A stretch of 64,000 nucleotides of DNA from Octopus bimaculoides (lineage: Eukaryota), in NCBI RefSeq assembly GCF_001194135.2, contig NC_068990.1, forward strand, positions 9,897,804 to 9,961,803, read 5' to 3'. Below are positions 14,547-29,260 of this stretch, piece by piece. The position numbers were made by a program, and so were the translations under genes. The notes under the pieces are model-generated. The model ran no database searches. It was not told the DNA's origin and worked only from the letters and a program-made list of their open reading frames with translations. Position 1 is the stretch's first letter. Every line of letters begins with the position of its first letter.

Positions 14547-15156
14547 CAGATATATAAATACATATGAAGAAAACTACACACGTTTGATTCTTAACATTAA
14601 AAATGCAAGAATCCAGTGAGTTGTCCCATAGACGCATATCACGCATGAAAGTTTAGATTTAAACGAAATATTAGATTTAAACGAAATATAATTAAGCCCA
14701 AACACAACATCAAAATAAATAATTTCTGAAATAAAGAAGACAGTAGTTGGACTCCTCATTCGCATAACCACCGAACTAGGAGCTTAACTGTTGTAGTCTT
14801 TCCATAGCACTTAGTCAGCTTTACCTGACGCCTTTTGGGTCTTCTTGACACATTTACCTCTCATAATCTCAAAACACACACACACACACACACATATGTA
14901 TATATATATATACATACATATATACACATAGAAATGTACATCCCAATGTATGTCGTTAGGCATGGGAAAAACTAAATGAAGATTCAGAACATTTCGCCAG
15001 AAATGTTGGGCCGAAAAAAATTCGTAGAGTGATATACACATAAAATGAAATCAACAACAACCATAGTTGTTCAGATGTTCTAAATGTGTTTCTGGAGGAC
15101 GTGGTAACTTCAATATATTGAACGAAATACCGCACAAACAAACACACACACACACA

Positions 15157-15197
<41 letters not shown>

Positions 15198-15591
15198 ACG
15201 CATGTTAATATGATGAGATACTGTACAAACAATTATCATGTATCGTAGACGCAGATGCCTCTACTCAGACGACTTTTCAGAAAGTACTGCTTTTACCTTG
15301 CCATTTCGCGGCTTTCTGCAACGATAAACTTTGGTAAATATAGCCTGGTATCTCTTTCCATATACATTGAAATATCTCTTTTCATACAAGCAATATCATA
15401 AAGTATGCAAGGATAAATATATAAGGAATAAAAATAAAACAAAATACTTCAAATGAAATGTTATACACGTATAATAAGACACATAAAACAAAAAAAAATA
15501 TACAAGTGTGATCAGAACAGAACCAAAAATAAAAGCACAAACATTTATATTGCCCCTTATATTTCACCAAAGCAAATAATATAGCCTATCC

Positions 15592-15628
<37 letters not shown>

Positions 15629-15637
15629 CATCCATCC

Positions 15638-15670
<33 letters not shown>

Positions 15671-16334
15671 CCTATCTCTCTCTCTCTCTCTCTCTCTNNN
15701 NNNNNNNTATATATATATATATATATATATGAAAAGCTACGTACACACATTCATACACATATATGCATACATATAAACACATAATGTACATATATTAATG
15801 TGTATGCATGTGCACATATATACGAATACACAGATGCACATAGAAATATGCTATAACTTCACACACCAATCAACATGTGTATCTTGTGTATCTGATACTT
15901 GTGTATCTGTATTTCTATATACTCACAACAACAGATACACATACGCACATATGTAATACATTTACACATGCATACAAAATCTAAGTATCAAACTAATCAA
16001 ACTATTTTAGCTGTTTCTGAAAAATCAATCGTACGTATGTGCAATAATTCTCTCAGTGTATGTAAACAGTATGTGGTTACATAGGATAAGTTTGTTGGGA
16101 AATCTTTTGACTACGTTCTTTTTTTTTTTAACTCAGTAAAATGCAATTGGATTTCTCTAGCATACATGGCAATTTCGAGAAAAAATTATCTACCGGAGTG
16201 CATTCTTTATAATGGACGAAGTAATACTATATTCAATTCTATGTTCTTTTAGCGTCCATATTAGGTCCGGTAATGAAATAGAATGCCTCTTACCAATCGT
16301 ATTGAAACTGTCAGCATGATTAGTAAGTAAAATT

Positions 16335-16560
16335 ACATTCTCGAGTCATGCCGACTCATAAGGGCCGGTTTCCGGTTTCCAAGGCGTATGTAACCCCACC
16401 TGGTTTCGACGCCGATCCGTCCAAGGATTACTTATTTTTATCAACTGAGTGGACAGGCGCGACGCGAATGTAGTGTCTTGTTCAAGAACACAACGCAGTC
16501 TAGGAATCGAAACTATAGTCTTAGGATCACGAGATCAACGCTCTAACAAGTAAGACACAC
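16335..16560 (-). mobile_element. tRNA-derived SINE with a head related to family C
   Basis: CACAACGCAGTCTAGGAATCGAAAC at about 16490-16515 resembles 47125-47150. Confidence 0.65.
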
Positions 16561-18710
16561 AACTCCACATCAATATGGTTGCCATATCTATTTTCAAAAA
16601 CATCCGCAGACGTCCCTAAATACACATACGCGCCTCCTCTTGTATTCACTGTGCATGTTTATATTATGTTAGAATGCATGCATTAGTTTTGCATAAGATA
16701 TGCGCTTTTGCTCCGTTTTTCACAATTATCCTTCGGTTATTTATTTGCTGTTTCGTTAGTCTTTTTTATTCCATTCTTAATATTTCTTCTATCATTTTTT
16801 CCCTCTTATTATGTGGCCCTAATTGGCTGCCTTTAAGTTCATCGCTGCTATTATGAATATCATGGCATTTGAATTTTCAATATATTCGCCGTCAGCAATA
16901 TTTTGCCTCTATTTTATTATATTATTAATTCCGTTGAAATTATTGGAACATGCTTGAATTGTTTCACGGTATAGCACCAGAAACTATATCAAGATAATTA
17001 TATTTTACTGAGGCTAGACATTTAGACATTCGAATGGATATTGTTCTAAATGCTCGAAGAATCAAAGGATCCCATTTCTTCTGTTACGAATATTTGATAG
17101 GATTCTTCTATGTTTAGGGAATAAATCAGGACATATTGTTGTCGTGTTTAAGCATGGTTTATAAAAATATAATTGGATATTGGGAGCAGGGATGACAATT
17201 TTGAATGATGTTCTGGACTCCTGACAACACGTTGGCTCGTAAAATATGCGTTTTCATTAACACAATGAGTAGAATTAAATTAGATCGAATGTCCGTAGGT
17301 ATTTGACGTAAACTCTCATTATTCGAAAAACGAAACCAATTTGTAACTTGTTCGCAAATGAGAATACTTACTTTATGGCTTCACTGATAGAAAGCTAGCT
17401 CCTGTGTGAGAAATTAATGAAGGACACAAATTCACCATTCAAGGTTTTATGTTCATAGTGATTAACTGGTACCATAAATGTTTTTAGCTAGAATAAATTT
17501 AACATCATACTTAGTGACTTAGCGCTGGAAGATGAATTAAATAAATACCGCAACATAAATCAAATCGAGGAAACATCAATAATTGCTCATTGAATCGAAA
17601 ACTTTCGATCAAATTAACGACAACCTAGAGAAAGCAGAGTAAATATACAAATTGCATCATATACACAACTTTAATGGAATTTAGTAATGTTTTCTTTTTG
17701 TTTATTCAGTGTACAGCCATAATAGATAAATTGCCTTACCGTTGCATTAGAAGATGAAATATATTTAAACACAGTGATTTGGTTACATTTCGTATTTTCT
17801 AAAACTAATACAAGCAAACCTTCTTTACATACCTTTCCTGTTTATTTCTTGCAATAAAATATCCTACGTTTCACTAGCAAGCAACTATATTCTCAATAAT
17901 TAGTTCCAATTACAATTTTCGCTTTCACTTTTTTCTGGCCACACATTTGTCTCAATTCCTTTGCGACTATTTATTTTTTCATATGCAAAGATATTCAAAT
18001 ATTGATTTTTCACAAAGCAGACAATGGCAATATTTTTTAAGATTGAAAGAGTTAATTCAAATAGCTGTGAATGAAATACTTTCTTCTTTGTGCAACGATC
18101 ATACTATATGATATGTGAAAGATATAGACAAAAACGCTATGAAAAGAACCAAATTGTAAAGGATGAAATATAATACAATATGAAGATTAAATATTGAAAG
18201 CTTGCGCAGATCTCTCGTCAGTTCAAACAGGATTTATATTTGAAAAAAATTAAAAAGAATCTATATGATTGATAATGGCCGAAAACACTACTGCTAAGCA
18301 AAACACATTTTAATGTTAAGTAATAATCTAAATATCTAAATATATGCATCTAACTATTCTAATATGAGTTGCTTAAGGAACCCGTTTATGGTTAAGAGAG
18401 CCGTTACAAATAACATTAAAATCTCAATTGTCTCATACACTACGAGAATTTCAGACAGTGGCGATCTAAATATTGTTGCACAACGGGAACACGGTCTAAT
18501 GAAAACAAACTTAGGAACCTGTGTATCTGATTCTCTTCTACTTTGTATTGAACAGAAATCCATGCATGCAAATTAACTCCCTTCAGGTTTACAAGAAGAA
18601 ATTCAGGAGATTAGAATGGCTTATGGCTTACAAAGATCTATTAATATAAATACANNNNNNNNNNNNNNNNNNNNNNNNNNNNNNNNNNNNNNNNNNNNTA
18701 TATATATATA

Positions 18711-18744
<34 letters not shown>

Positions 18745-19837
18745 CATTATTCCTTCTAGGATTGTCACCACTATTCTTGTAGGAGTCCTACATCGCAATC
18801 TGAGTACAGATATCGTTAGGGCTTGTAACATTGCCAAAAACTGAGGAAGCATAATACTTTTCAAAAAACCCCAGACAAATTGTCTGATACGAATGCGAAA
18901 TTCTTTCCCAATACATGCTGAATATTCTGAAAATACTACCGCAAGACGTAGGTCACATGCAGCTCCACTAAGCAAGGTAAAGTTGTAAATATAATCCACG
19001 TCCGTCTGAAACTATCAGTGATATAAATAAAAATAAAATACAATTACATGTGTGCTTTCATTAAATTTCCATATGTTTGAAACAAAGTTAAATTCTCCAA
19101 ATTATGTATAAGTATGAAAGTCGTTCAGGGAATGTTGTCTGAACATTTTTAGAAAACCGATAAAAAATCACTTTGGTCGGAAATATACAAGGCATCGACG
19201 TGCATTAGAAGAGTCGAATTCATATTGAAGGAAGATGTTCCTCGGCTATATTATTAACTAACCGCCTAATGTCAGTGCATATAAATGTCTGGCAGCTCTT
19301 ATCAGCACTTCCTAAAATTAAGCATACATACAAATCACTAGACACTGTCTTTGGTCAATGAGAAATAGTTCACTATACTGTAGAAATGTAAAATTCATTA
19401 GTAACTTCAGTTATATAGGAACGTTGAATTTCCTTACTAAAAGATTACCCAATACATTTGCTGCTTGATTTCGATCCACCAAAGCTAATAAGTAGTATAC
19501 AGGAAATAGATAAGAGTGTACAAGGGTTCATTAGAACTAGTACTCAGAGTTCGCTAATTGAAGATATCTAATGGTGCCCTGAAATCCAATAGTACCAAGA
19601 GATGTGCTCTTTCAATTTAAGAGACTTTACATAACATAACCTTTCATTTTTGCCATGGGAATAAGCGTATTCCAAAGACAAATTTTGGCAGTTGAACCAC
19701 TCTGTCTCGAAGGAGAATATTATGTAGGAAGCTCATGTATTAGTAGCCTGTACGCACTTTTATCCCAGATGTGACAATCCAGCAATATGAATCCTAAGCT
19801 GGTGTTATGAAAATATTTAGTAAAGCGACGGCATACA

Positions 19838-19977
19838 TATGTGAGAAGACGCTTGCTTTCCAACCGCATGGTCTCGTGTCCAGTCCCACTGGATGACATC
19901 TTGCTCAAGTGTTTCTACAATAGCATCGCATCGACCAAAGTTTTGTGAATTAACTTCGTCGACGGTAAGTTAAAGAC
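19838..19977 (+). mobile_element. SINE family A, decayed 5' part
   Basis: CTTGCTTTCCAACCGCATGG...AGTGTTTCTACAATAGC...GACCAAAG matches the family A head. Confidence 0.65.
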
Positions 19978-20549
19978 TGATGATGGCGACGTTATGCCCC
20001 ATTCATCGTCCTACACGGCCTTAGACTCAACACGGATACCTACATCAAGTTTCCAGAGGAGTTGGAGCTCTCCTGCGTCAGAGTGGTGTGTGTGGCTGCT
20101 GGAAGATTTATGTCTGGCATCAGCACTTTGCAACACGCAACACGGGGAGGAAAACTCTGTTATGGCTGTCAAACAATTTCAGCGATGACAAGACCCTAAA
20201 CATCTAGCTGCCTAACTTCCCAGACTGCATACCCCTTGATTATTATGTGTGGGGCGCATTTGAGCGAGAGAGAAACAAAAATCCTTGTAACACAAAAGAT
20301 GAACCGAAAGCAAGGATTATGGCAGCATTCACCCACTTAAACAAGAAGACCGTCCAGAAGAGTTGCAGAAGATTCCAAAGTCATCTGAGTCCGTGGTTGT
20401 AGTCAGTGTCGATTTTAGTCAATGAATTTACTCTTTAGTATTTCAAGATATTTTAATGTAATTTTGGGAAATATATCTGAAAAAAATGAGACATTAGTGT
20501 TATTTTCATTTTTGCGTAATTTTAACGACTATTTATTCACCGCACCCTG
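19978..20549 (+). mobile_element. 5'-truncated Tc1/mariner (maT/DD37D-like) remnant with 3' TIR
   Basis: Translates to PFIVLHGLRLNTDTYIK...LPNFPDCIPLDYYVWGAFERERNKNPCNTKDEPKARIMAAF...SCRRFQ, with stops. It ends in ATTTATTCACCGCACCCTG followed by TA. Confidence 0.8.
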
Positions 20550-21771
20550 TATATATATAAGGATAATATTTAAATGATATGTTGAAATATTTCCTTGCAA
20601 TGCAATTTCCGAGCACTTCAACTACGTAATTCATAACTGAGCTGATCATATTTATAGACGTTTATATCCGTCGATTTTGTTTGTACGTTTGCTCCATTAA
20701 GTATCATCGCCAATGAAATTTATGATATCTCCGTTACATGACTACGATTCAAGAAGAAATAAACAAATAATAATTATTTATAATCAGGTAACTACTAACA
20801 ATAAAAATATTATCCCTATGGACATGATATTATCACAACCATTGGGCTTAATTTATTAAGACAAATTGTTTGTGAATAATAATTGCTCATCTGAATACCG
20901 TAGTTATTAGCGTGTAGCTTAATACATGTCTTCCTGAAAATATGGTCTGAACTTACTATAAAATAGCGTATTTAGTGTGTATCAAATTGTGGGTAATTTT
21001 TTTCTACACCGATATAACTCAGAAAATCCTACCTGGTATTACGTCTTCTGAAGTTGTACCAGGTGTAATAGCTGAATATCTTGAATGAAATTCCTCGAAT
21101 CCAATTACTTTTGCTGCTTCTTTTCACTTTGAATTACACAGCCATGTTTGAAAAGAAAAGTTGTATTTTTTAGAAATTAATACGAACGCATTTCACTTAT
21201 ATGAACAAAAACGGAATATATTATAAAAATACTAATGGGAAAGTATGCTCGTTATATGACACACCATACAGTATACGAAATTTTAGTTTTTATGGAACTA
21301 TATTCAGAAAAGCAGAAGCAAGAATAACGCTAAATTTCTAAAGCAAATCTCCATGTTTGAATATTTTTTTCTCGGAATATCATTCAAAAACTAACTAATT
21401 AGACGGAATATGAAGGAGTCAGAATACATCACGCACATTCTTCGCAGTTCATCGAGTTTATTATTCTTTATAAATATCTTTTTGAAAAAGTAAAAACTGA
21501 ACTGCAACGTGTATTATTTGGTTATGTGAGCTGTGGAAAGTCTTTCTAGCTTCTTCGTAATTTATGCGTTTAAAAGTATGAAAATATCGAGCAATATTCC
21601 TATTAAATACATTCAATATAAGTTGAAGCAATATTCCCGTCGCTCTAATAATAATGATTAAAATATCGATTTCTTTGTATATGCGCTTCAGAATGTTTAC
21701 TCATACGCACAGCAACACAAACACATCTACAGGTACGTACCCACACCAACACGCATCTACACGTACACGCA

Positions 21772-21813
<42 letters not shown>

Positions 21814-23049
21814 CAGATGTAAATGATAGATTTTGTGAGTGAACTTATGGAGATAGCAGTGAGATACGTAGATGTAGGCGAGCTGAATATACTAAATAAG
21901 TAAAGTTAAATTGAAAATATATATCACATTTTATAAATAATTAAATCGTTATCACTACTGTTACAATTGTATATTCTGTATGAATTACAATATTGTTGTT
22001 ATTTTCGACCTCATAGTGGATTCCGTGATATTAATATTATTTCTTATGAAATTCCTTGATACATTTGCATTTATACGATTTCATAATATTAAATTTTGTA
22101 TATACAATCAACCATAAAAATTAATCTGAATATAATTCCTCAGGTGTACTTCATCTAATTATAAACTATATTTCTAACAGTAATACAAGTAAATGAAACT
22201 AATGTAATCAGTATGGTTTATACACACATACACAACACATATATTTCGTGTTAAGCTTAGAAGCGATTAACGTTACAAGAATTTCCGACAGAAATCCGAT
22301 TGAATATACTACTCCTTAAATCTGTGCTAGTGTTCTTGGGGTTGTATAATGTGGAATAATAAAATAAACCCAAGTATTTATCTGTTGAATATATTACAAA
22401 TTAAAAGGGTAAAATATTATCAATTTATTAATTAATAAATAAATTAACAATTAATAATTTTTACCAAGCCCATCGGTATGAAAGCACCATTATTGGTGGA
22501 GAACTTATTTAAAAGCTCATATATATTTATAAACATAATTAAGGGATCAGCAAATATTTGCTTCACCATATACCGAAGTTCAGAAATAGCAGCTAAAAAT
22601 GCTGAGAATCCCACAGATAGCATCACTTGTAACTCACAAAGGCAAAAACAAGAAGAAAAAAACAATGAAAAACTAACCATTCCGACGGTTAACAGTAGAC
22701 GCGTTTCTGGATTATGATTGATACTCAATTTCCTTCATCAATACTGTATTCCAGCAGTAAATTTGACTATGCTAGCAAACTGTGCAAGCATGAACGAGTA
22801 ACATTCCACACCGACACAGATCTGAAAGCATAACCGAATCCTTACGTGCGTTTCAGAGGAATTTGCTATAGACAAAGAGGGAATGTCATTCTTTACTCTG
22901 AACACACCTCAGTTCTGGTACAGCAAAATAAGTGCAAATTGATGGAATTATCCATTTATCTATAGTCCGCGCAGTTTATGAAGACATAGAATATACATCG
23001 GGAGAAATGGAAAAGGAAGGGAGAGAGTGAAGAAAAGAGAAAGAGAGAG

Positions 23050-23124
<75 letters not shown>

Positions 23125-23444
23125 AGAGAAAGGGAACGAAAACGGATTCGATGCGTAGGTATGTGGTGACGAAGATGGAACACTTATGGAATGAGAAGAG
23201 AAAGGGTCGATAAAATAAACGAATACATAAATTAATATATAAATGCCTCAAAAAACACATCTCTACATACAAAAAATAAAAGTATATAATAAGAATAATA
23301 AGCACTATAAAATATAATAAAAATTATGATAATAGAAATAATAGTGAGACCTCTGACAACATGTTGTTCTCCGCTCTCACAGAATCAACCAGAGAACGTA
23401 AGACCTAGAGGTATGAGAATTAAAACAATAATAGCAATAATGAT

Positions 23445-24030
23445 TTCAAATTTTGCTACAAGTTCAGCAATATCAGGGAAGTAGGTAAGTCGATTATATT
23501 GATCCCAGTGCCCAACTGGTACTTCTTTTAAGGAACTCGAAAGGACGAAAAACAAACTCGACCTCTGCAGAATTTGACCTCAAAAGGCCAGCAATGTTAG
23601 GAGGAATGAATTAGCTGAATGCCTCAACTCCAGTGAAAATCTAAAACTTAATTTCTAGGACTGGGAAGGTTATAGCACAATGTTTCAATCGGTGGAATTG
23701 AAACTTAGAACTTCCGCTAAGCATTTCGTCCGACGCCCCATAGATTCTGCCAGCTGTCCAACTTAATAATAACAATGGCTTCAAATTTTGACAGAAATTT
23801 CGAGAGAGGGTTAATCAATTACATTGACCCAAGTGCTGATCTGATACTTATACCATCAACCTCAACAGTCATGAAAGAGTAAGTCGACCTCGTCGGAATT
23901 TCAACTAGGGGGAGGAGTTAATCAATTACATGGACACTGGCCGTTGACAAAAGGCGAAGTCGACCTCGATGGGATTTGAACTCCGATCGTTATGGGTTGG
24001 GAGAATGTAGTACGCGTTAACGATTCTCTC
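23445..24030 (-). mobile_element. Cluster of decayed family B SINE fragments
   Basis: Several copies of the motifs AAGTCGACCTCG..GGAATTTGAACT and GATTACATTGACCC. Confidence 0.65.
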
Positions 24031-25683
24031 GAAACCGCAGCAATATTTATCCGTAACCGCAGCATTAAATTTTAACTGCAGAAAAAATAGTAGTAGTAGT
24101 AGTAGGGAGGAAATGTTATATAGCTTTCTGAGGCTAATTCGTTTGTCCTTCGTTGAAGTAGATTACTCTATCAGGAATACAAATTACCACCTTGTCATAA
24201 CCCACTAATAACGTTACTCAACTGGTAATTTTAAACACCCACATCATAAAATATTTTAATGAATCTCTGGAGAACACTGAAACGTCCAAAGATCACTACA
24301 AACAAATGAATAAGAACAATAAAATGCTATAAAAACTCCCCCAGAAAATAGCGGTTTGTTGTTGTATTGACTGTAAAACAATGAACGAAAGAAATAGAAA
24401 TGTTTCCTTCTCTGAACAATCGATATATACCACGTCTAATGAAGTTATTAATGGACACCTATTTGTTAAACGGCAGATCCAATGCACTGGGTTCAAGCTG
24501 ATGACGATGTTGAGAATGATAATGATGCCGGTGATGATATTGTCGGCAATGAACATGGTTATAGTGGCAGTGGCAGTGATAATGAAGAGGTATTGAAAAC
24601 AGAGAAATAAATAAAGAGCCAAATAAACGAAATTAACGATCCAATGACCGTGTTGGAGTTGCCGAAAATAGACGCCAAATCTCTATGATATTGTTCCCAA
24701 CTATTTGTTAGAATGTGGATGAGAGTTTTTGTTATATTTTTTGTCATACAAATATCATAATAATACTATCTTCAAAAATAAGATGAATCTGTGACTGATA
24801 AAGATGCTATGCAGTAAAGGTCTGCACAATCAAATTTAAGCACAGGCTAAACAAGAATGATGACAATAACAACATCAACAACGAAAACAAAAGCAACAAC
24901 AGAGATGGAAACTGAAAATGGTTGCTTTAACGTTAAGATGTATAAAATTTATGGTGATGTCGACTATCGGCGAATACGACAACAATATTTATGACGAACA
25001 CCATAATGATGAAGATAATTGTGATGGTGATGACATTAAAGTCGATCATGGCAATGCGTACAAGTATCATGACAGAGTCTGCGCCAGTGGCAATGATAAT
25101 GTATTATTAGATGAGTTTAATTGAGATAATGACTGGCACTATGTTTGTGGTTCTAATGTTCATTATAAATAGATTCAAGTTGTGGTTAGTGTGTTTAATG
25201 AGACACGTAATTCCATTACAATTGATAAAACGTAAATTAAGTGCAAAGATGGGTTTTCATGCCTTTCTTAAAAGCTTAATAGTCATAAGCAGCATGTATA
25301 TGAAAATAGATTGTATTTAGTTTTTATATTCTCGTGCGCTTTCCACAAGTACGTCTATGTGTGTGTGTGTATGCGTGTATTCAGTGTATATTTGTGTATC
25401 TGGATACATTTCTGCATGTTTTCTATTTGTGTATGCATGTATGTGTGTGCGCGCGACCGCTTGCACCCTTACTGATGTGTAGTTACCCATGAAAGCCTCG
25501 CACGTATTGTCTGGGTGCGTTTTATTTTCCGAGAAGTACTCAATTATTGACTAGATACGGCAATCTATCGTTCTGCCTTTAAGATGTTAAAGCTTGATTT
25601 GCAGGAAATTTTTCAGCTGTTTATTGGCTGTTGAGTGTGCGCATATGCTGAAGTGTGCGCGTGCGAGTGTGTGTATGTGCGCG

Positions 25684-25716
<33 letters not shown>

Positions 25717-26584
25717 ATGTGTGCGCACGCGCGCGCGCTTAGTGGAAGACAGAATATAATATCTGAATGAATGTTTGTCTTCGTGATGAAATGAATAGTT
25801 GACTGGTTCGATTATAGTTAATTCAGTAACAAAAATGAATAATGTATATTGGCTTCTCAATGCAGGAAGTATTGCAGGATGAAGGATGAGCTCTGCTCGA
25901 AATGTTTTAAATATATTGTAAGCACTATACAACTAGACATTTCCGTTTTTTCCTCTTTTACCCAATTTTCAATGCTGCCGTAACGTTGTACTAAAGTCCA
26001 CACAAATACATAGAAACCTTTTGAATAGGCTTCACCCACACACTTGCACATCTAATGACCTCAAGAATCTCGATTTTCATGTCTAGGAAAAACGTAATTA
26101 TTGTAAAATCAATTGTTGTCAGTATCTTCCTAATTTGGACAGAGATAGTCATGTTGATAGGGTGCACAAGACTCAGCACATTTATCAATGTAATCTCTGA
26201 CAGAAAACCCTTCATACAAGGTTGTAATTTATTTAACTTTCCAAAACTCATCATACTTTCTGAACTTAACTGAAATGATGTTTGCCGATTCAATACATCA
26301 CTCGTCTCCTTTTCAATACATTTTGTACCACAGTGTTTATAAAGAAAATAAGTAGAGAACAACATTCAAAGAAGTTGATAAGTTCGTGTGTAAATGATGC
26401 ATCACTTTTATATTCGAATGGTTATTGCTGTCTACTAAAATTATATATTTTTATGGTTTTAATTTCAGGCTGGGCAAGCATGGCACGAACAGACATTGTA
26501 ATACAAAAGCCTGTCAGACATATCATTAAATCACGGTAAATGTGCTGTATATCCTTTAAATCTGAAACTGCAAATAGCCCAAAT

Positions 26585-26720
26585 ACAAGGTGAATTCAAA
26601 TAGTATCCGATCTTATTTTTTCCAGCCAAAACTAATGCTACATGGGACAAATCTTTAGTGTGGGAAGTGAGCCTACCCTTTCTGCACATGAAATTAGCTA
26701 CTTGCCAATCTTTTCCACCT
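26585..26720. mobile_element. Possible mariner-like terminal fragment
   Basis: TACAAGGTGAATTCAAATAGTATCCG resembles the TIR start at 42622. Confidence 0.35.
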
Positions 26721-27913
26721 GAAGGCGGAGGCCAGCTTTACAGTAACATTAATAAACATCGACAATTGGTTGCATTTGCACGACTTTTTAAACACCCCAT
26801 CTGCTAACAATGCACCTATTACGTAATTCTTAGCCACCAGAAGCAACTGTTGGACCTGAATTTCCGTGCGCGTTCCCCTTAGCTTGTCTGTATTTTTTGT
26901 ACTCCATTTAAATTTATTCTGTACATATGTGAATATCTATATACTAATACACGATATTTCATCTGAATATCTTTTAAGTTCTTGTTCCTCTGTACTGTAT
27001 ATATATATATCCGTTTATATATTTACATGCCTATATATATATATGTATATATGTATGGGTGTGTATATGTATGTATGCATGTGTGCGCGTGTATATATAT
27101 ATATATACACACAAACATATGCATATACATATACATACATATATATATAAATATATAAACACTAAATGATACATACATGCATACGTAAAAAGAAGAACAC
27201 CTAATAGAGTTGCCGAAGAAATGACATTTGCGAATCAAATTAAAGCAAAATATAAGACCTGTTGTTGAATTAATACATGCAAATCTCTCATGCTAAATAA
27301 GAGAAAATAAATTTTAGCATAGTTACACTAAATAACCGCAATGCAAAAGAAGCAAAAACAAAAATGGTAAAAACGATGTTATATGATTTGAATAATAGGT
27401 GATAAAAGAAAGGTCGAAAAGCGTCATGTTCTCAAATTAAGAGTATAACAAATTTAAGGTTAGAAATAGCCAAAAAATTTAAAATCTTTGAAACTTTCTC
27501 TAATATCCAACGAAGAACGATTTCAAATATATACTTAATAACAAAATAGCTTTACTATCGTCATTAACACAGCAATGCACGATATGTAACACGTAGCGTT
27601 TTCACCATGCACAAAATGTAAGAAGAATATAACACAGAAATATCGAAATGAATATTTAAAACCACTTCCTTCATCGATGATGAGAACTTATGCGACCACG
27701 GCTGATCCAGATGTAAGTATAAAGGAATGATTAACATTTCTATTATTGTACATGTACACCAAAAATATTTTAGCTCCTCGAGGTAAACTTTGGGAGTATA
27801 TTTTCATGTTTTTTTTTATGTATTGTATCGTCTAATATGTTGTTATTATCGTTAAAATATGTGCATATGTAATATGTCGTAACTAAATTGTAAATAATCA
27901 TACAGACTGAAAG

Positions 27914-27966
27914 TAGGAAGAAGATGCAAACTAGGAAGAAGATGCAAACTAGGAAGAAGATGCAAC
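27914..27966. repeat. 18-bp tandem repeat, about 3 copies
   Basis: Unit TAGGAAGAAGATGCAAAC. Confidence 0.95.
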
Positions 27967-28924
27967 TAAACACTTGATATATGTGAATATATGTGATCCG
28001 CTTGAATATTGTTTCGAACGAAAACAGATTTTTCTTAAGTGACTTCCACGCTTTTGAATTTACTGGCCCTCAAGCACTGGGGACCCGTGAGATGAATTGG
28101 AAGGTGAAGCTATAGACGCTGTCCTTTTTACGTATGCATGCATGTATCATTTAGTGTTTATATAGACGTTGTCCTTCGCAATCAACAATTTTCATCATGC
28201 GACACCGCAGTAGTATTAACGACCAGCAATATTAGAAGTAGCATCTCTAGCAACAAGAACAAACCGTAACAAAATGTACATCAGTAAGAAAAAAAAATGA
28301 CAACAGCTGCTAGAGCAACTAAGGGAAGACGGCAACTGCAACAACAGCCTTCATTTATTAGTGCAGTGTGTAGCAGCGGACGAAACACAACGATCGATTC
28401 CGAGGTCACCAGTGTTGGGGTGGAATTCATTTCCACTTCCACCATCTCTCTAATAAGATATTGTAGCAGCAGGGCAGGGATATCATTAACTACACGTGTA
28501 ATAGGTAATGATAGCATTTATATCAATATAAGTAACATCAACAGGTACGGGCAATAACTGTGACTTCAGTGTGAAAGCACGGTTAGATCTCCTGCATGAG
28601 CACTTACTGCAAAAGCGTTAGATTTTGCCCAATTGGGAAACATCAAAAACTGAATGTAGCTGAGTGACACCTCACCATCTTAGGAGGAAGGATGCTTATA
28701 TTCACGATGCCAGAAGAAATTTTGAAAACAATGCTTTGCTGATTGCTATCAGTGATGATCACATGTGAATCTTCTGAGAGCAAAAAACTGGACTATGCTT
28801 GAATAGCATTTGGGGAGATAATGATGTTCCTTCGCTTGACAGCCAATATGTTTAAATACGAATGAAGAATCAGAGACCGACCTCAGAAGAATCTCACCGA
28901 TTCCACCGTCACTTGGAAAGGATA

Positions 28925-29260
28925 AAAACTAAGTAAAATGTAAAGAGTCAATTTTATCGACTCCGAAAAGATAAAAAGAAAATTGGACATCAGCGGGGTT
29001 TGAACTCAGAAATCAAAGCCAGAGGAAATGTTGCTAAACATTTTATACGGCATGACAATGGTGGGGCCGGATCGCGCCTTAATAATCCTCTCTACTATTT
29101 CTACAAGGCCTGAATATTTGAGGTAGGGTGCTAGTGAATTTCCTCAACGCCAGCACTCAGCAACTACTTATTTTCATCGATCGCAAAAGGTGGCGTTTGA
29201 ATTGAGAACAAAAAACGAACGAAACGCAGGTAAGCGCCCCAACGATTCTGCCTCCTTAAT
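28925..29260 (-). mobile_element. Decayed family B SINE fragments
   Basis: TTTTATCGACTCCGAAAAGATAAAA..GGGGTTTGAACTCAGAA. Confidence 0.55.

Noticed and set aside
22444-22728. Hydrophobic minus-strand ORF suggesting a membrane protein
   Set aside because: The hydrophobicity follows from T-rich composition, and there is no recognised motif or convincing exon boundaries.
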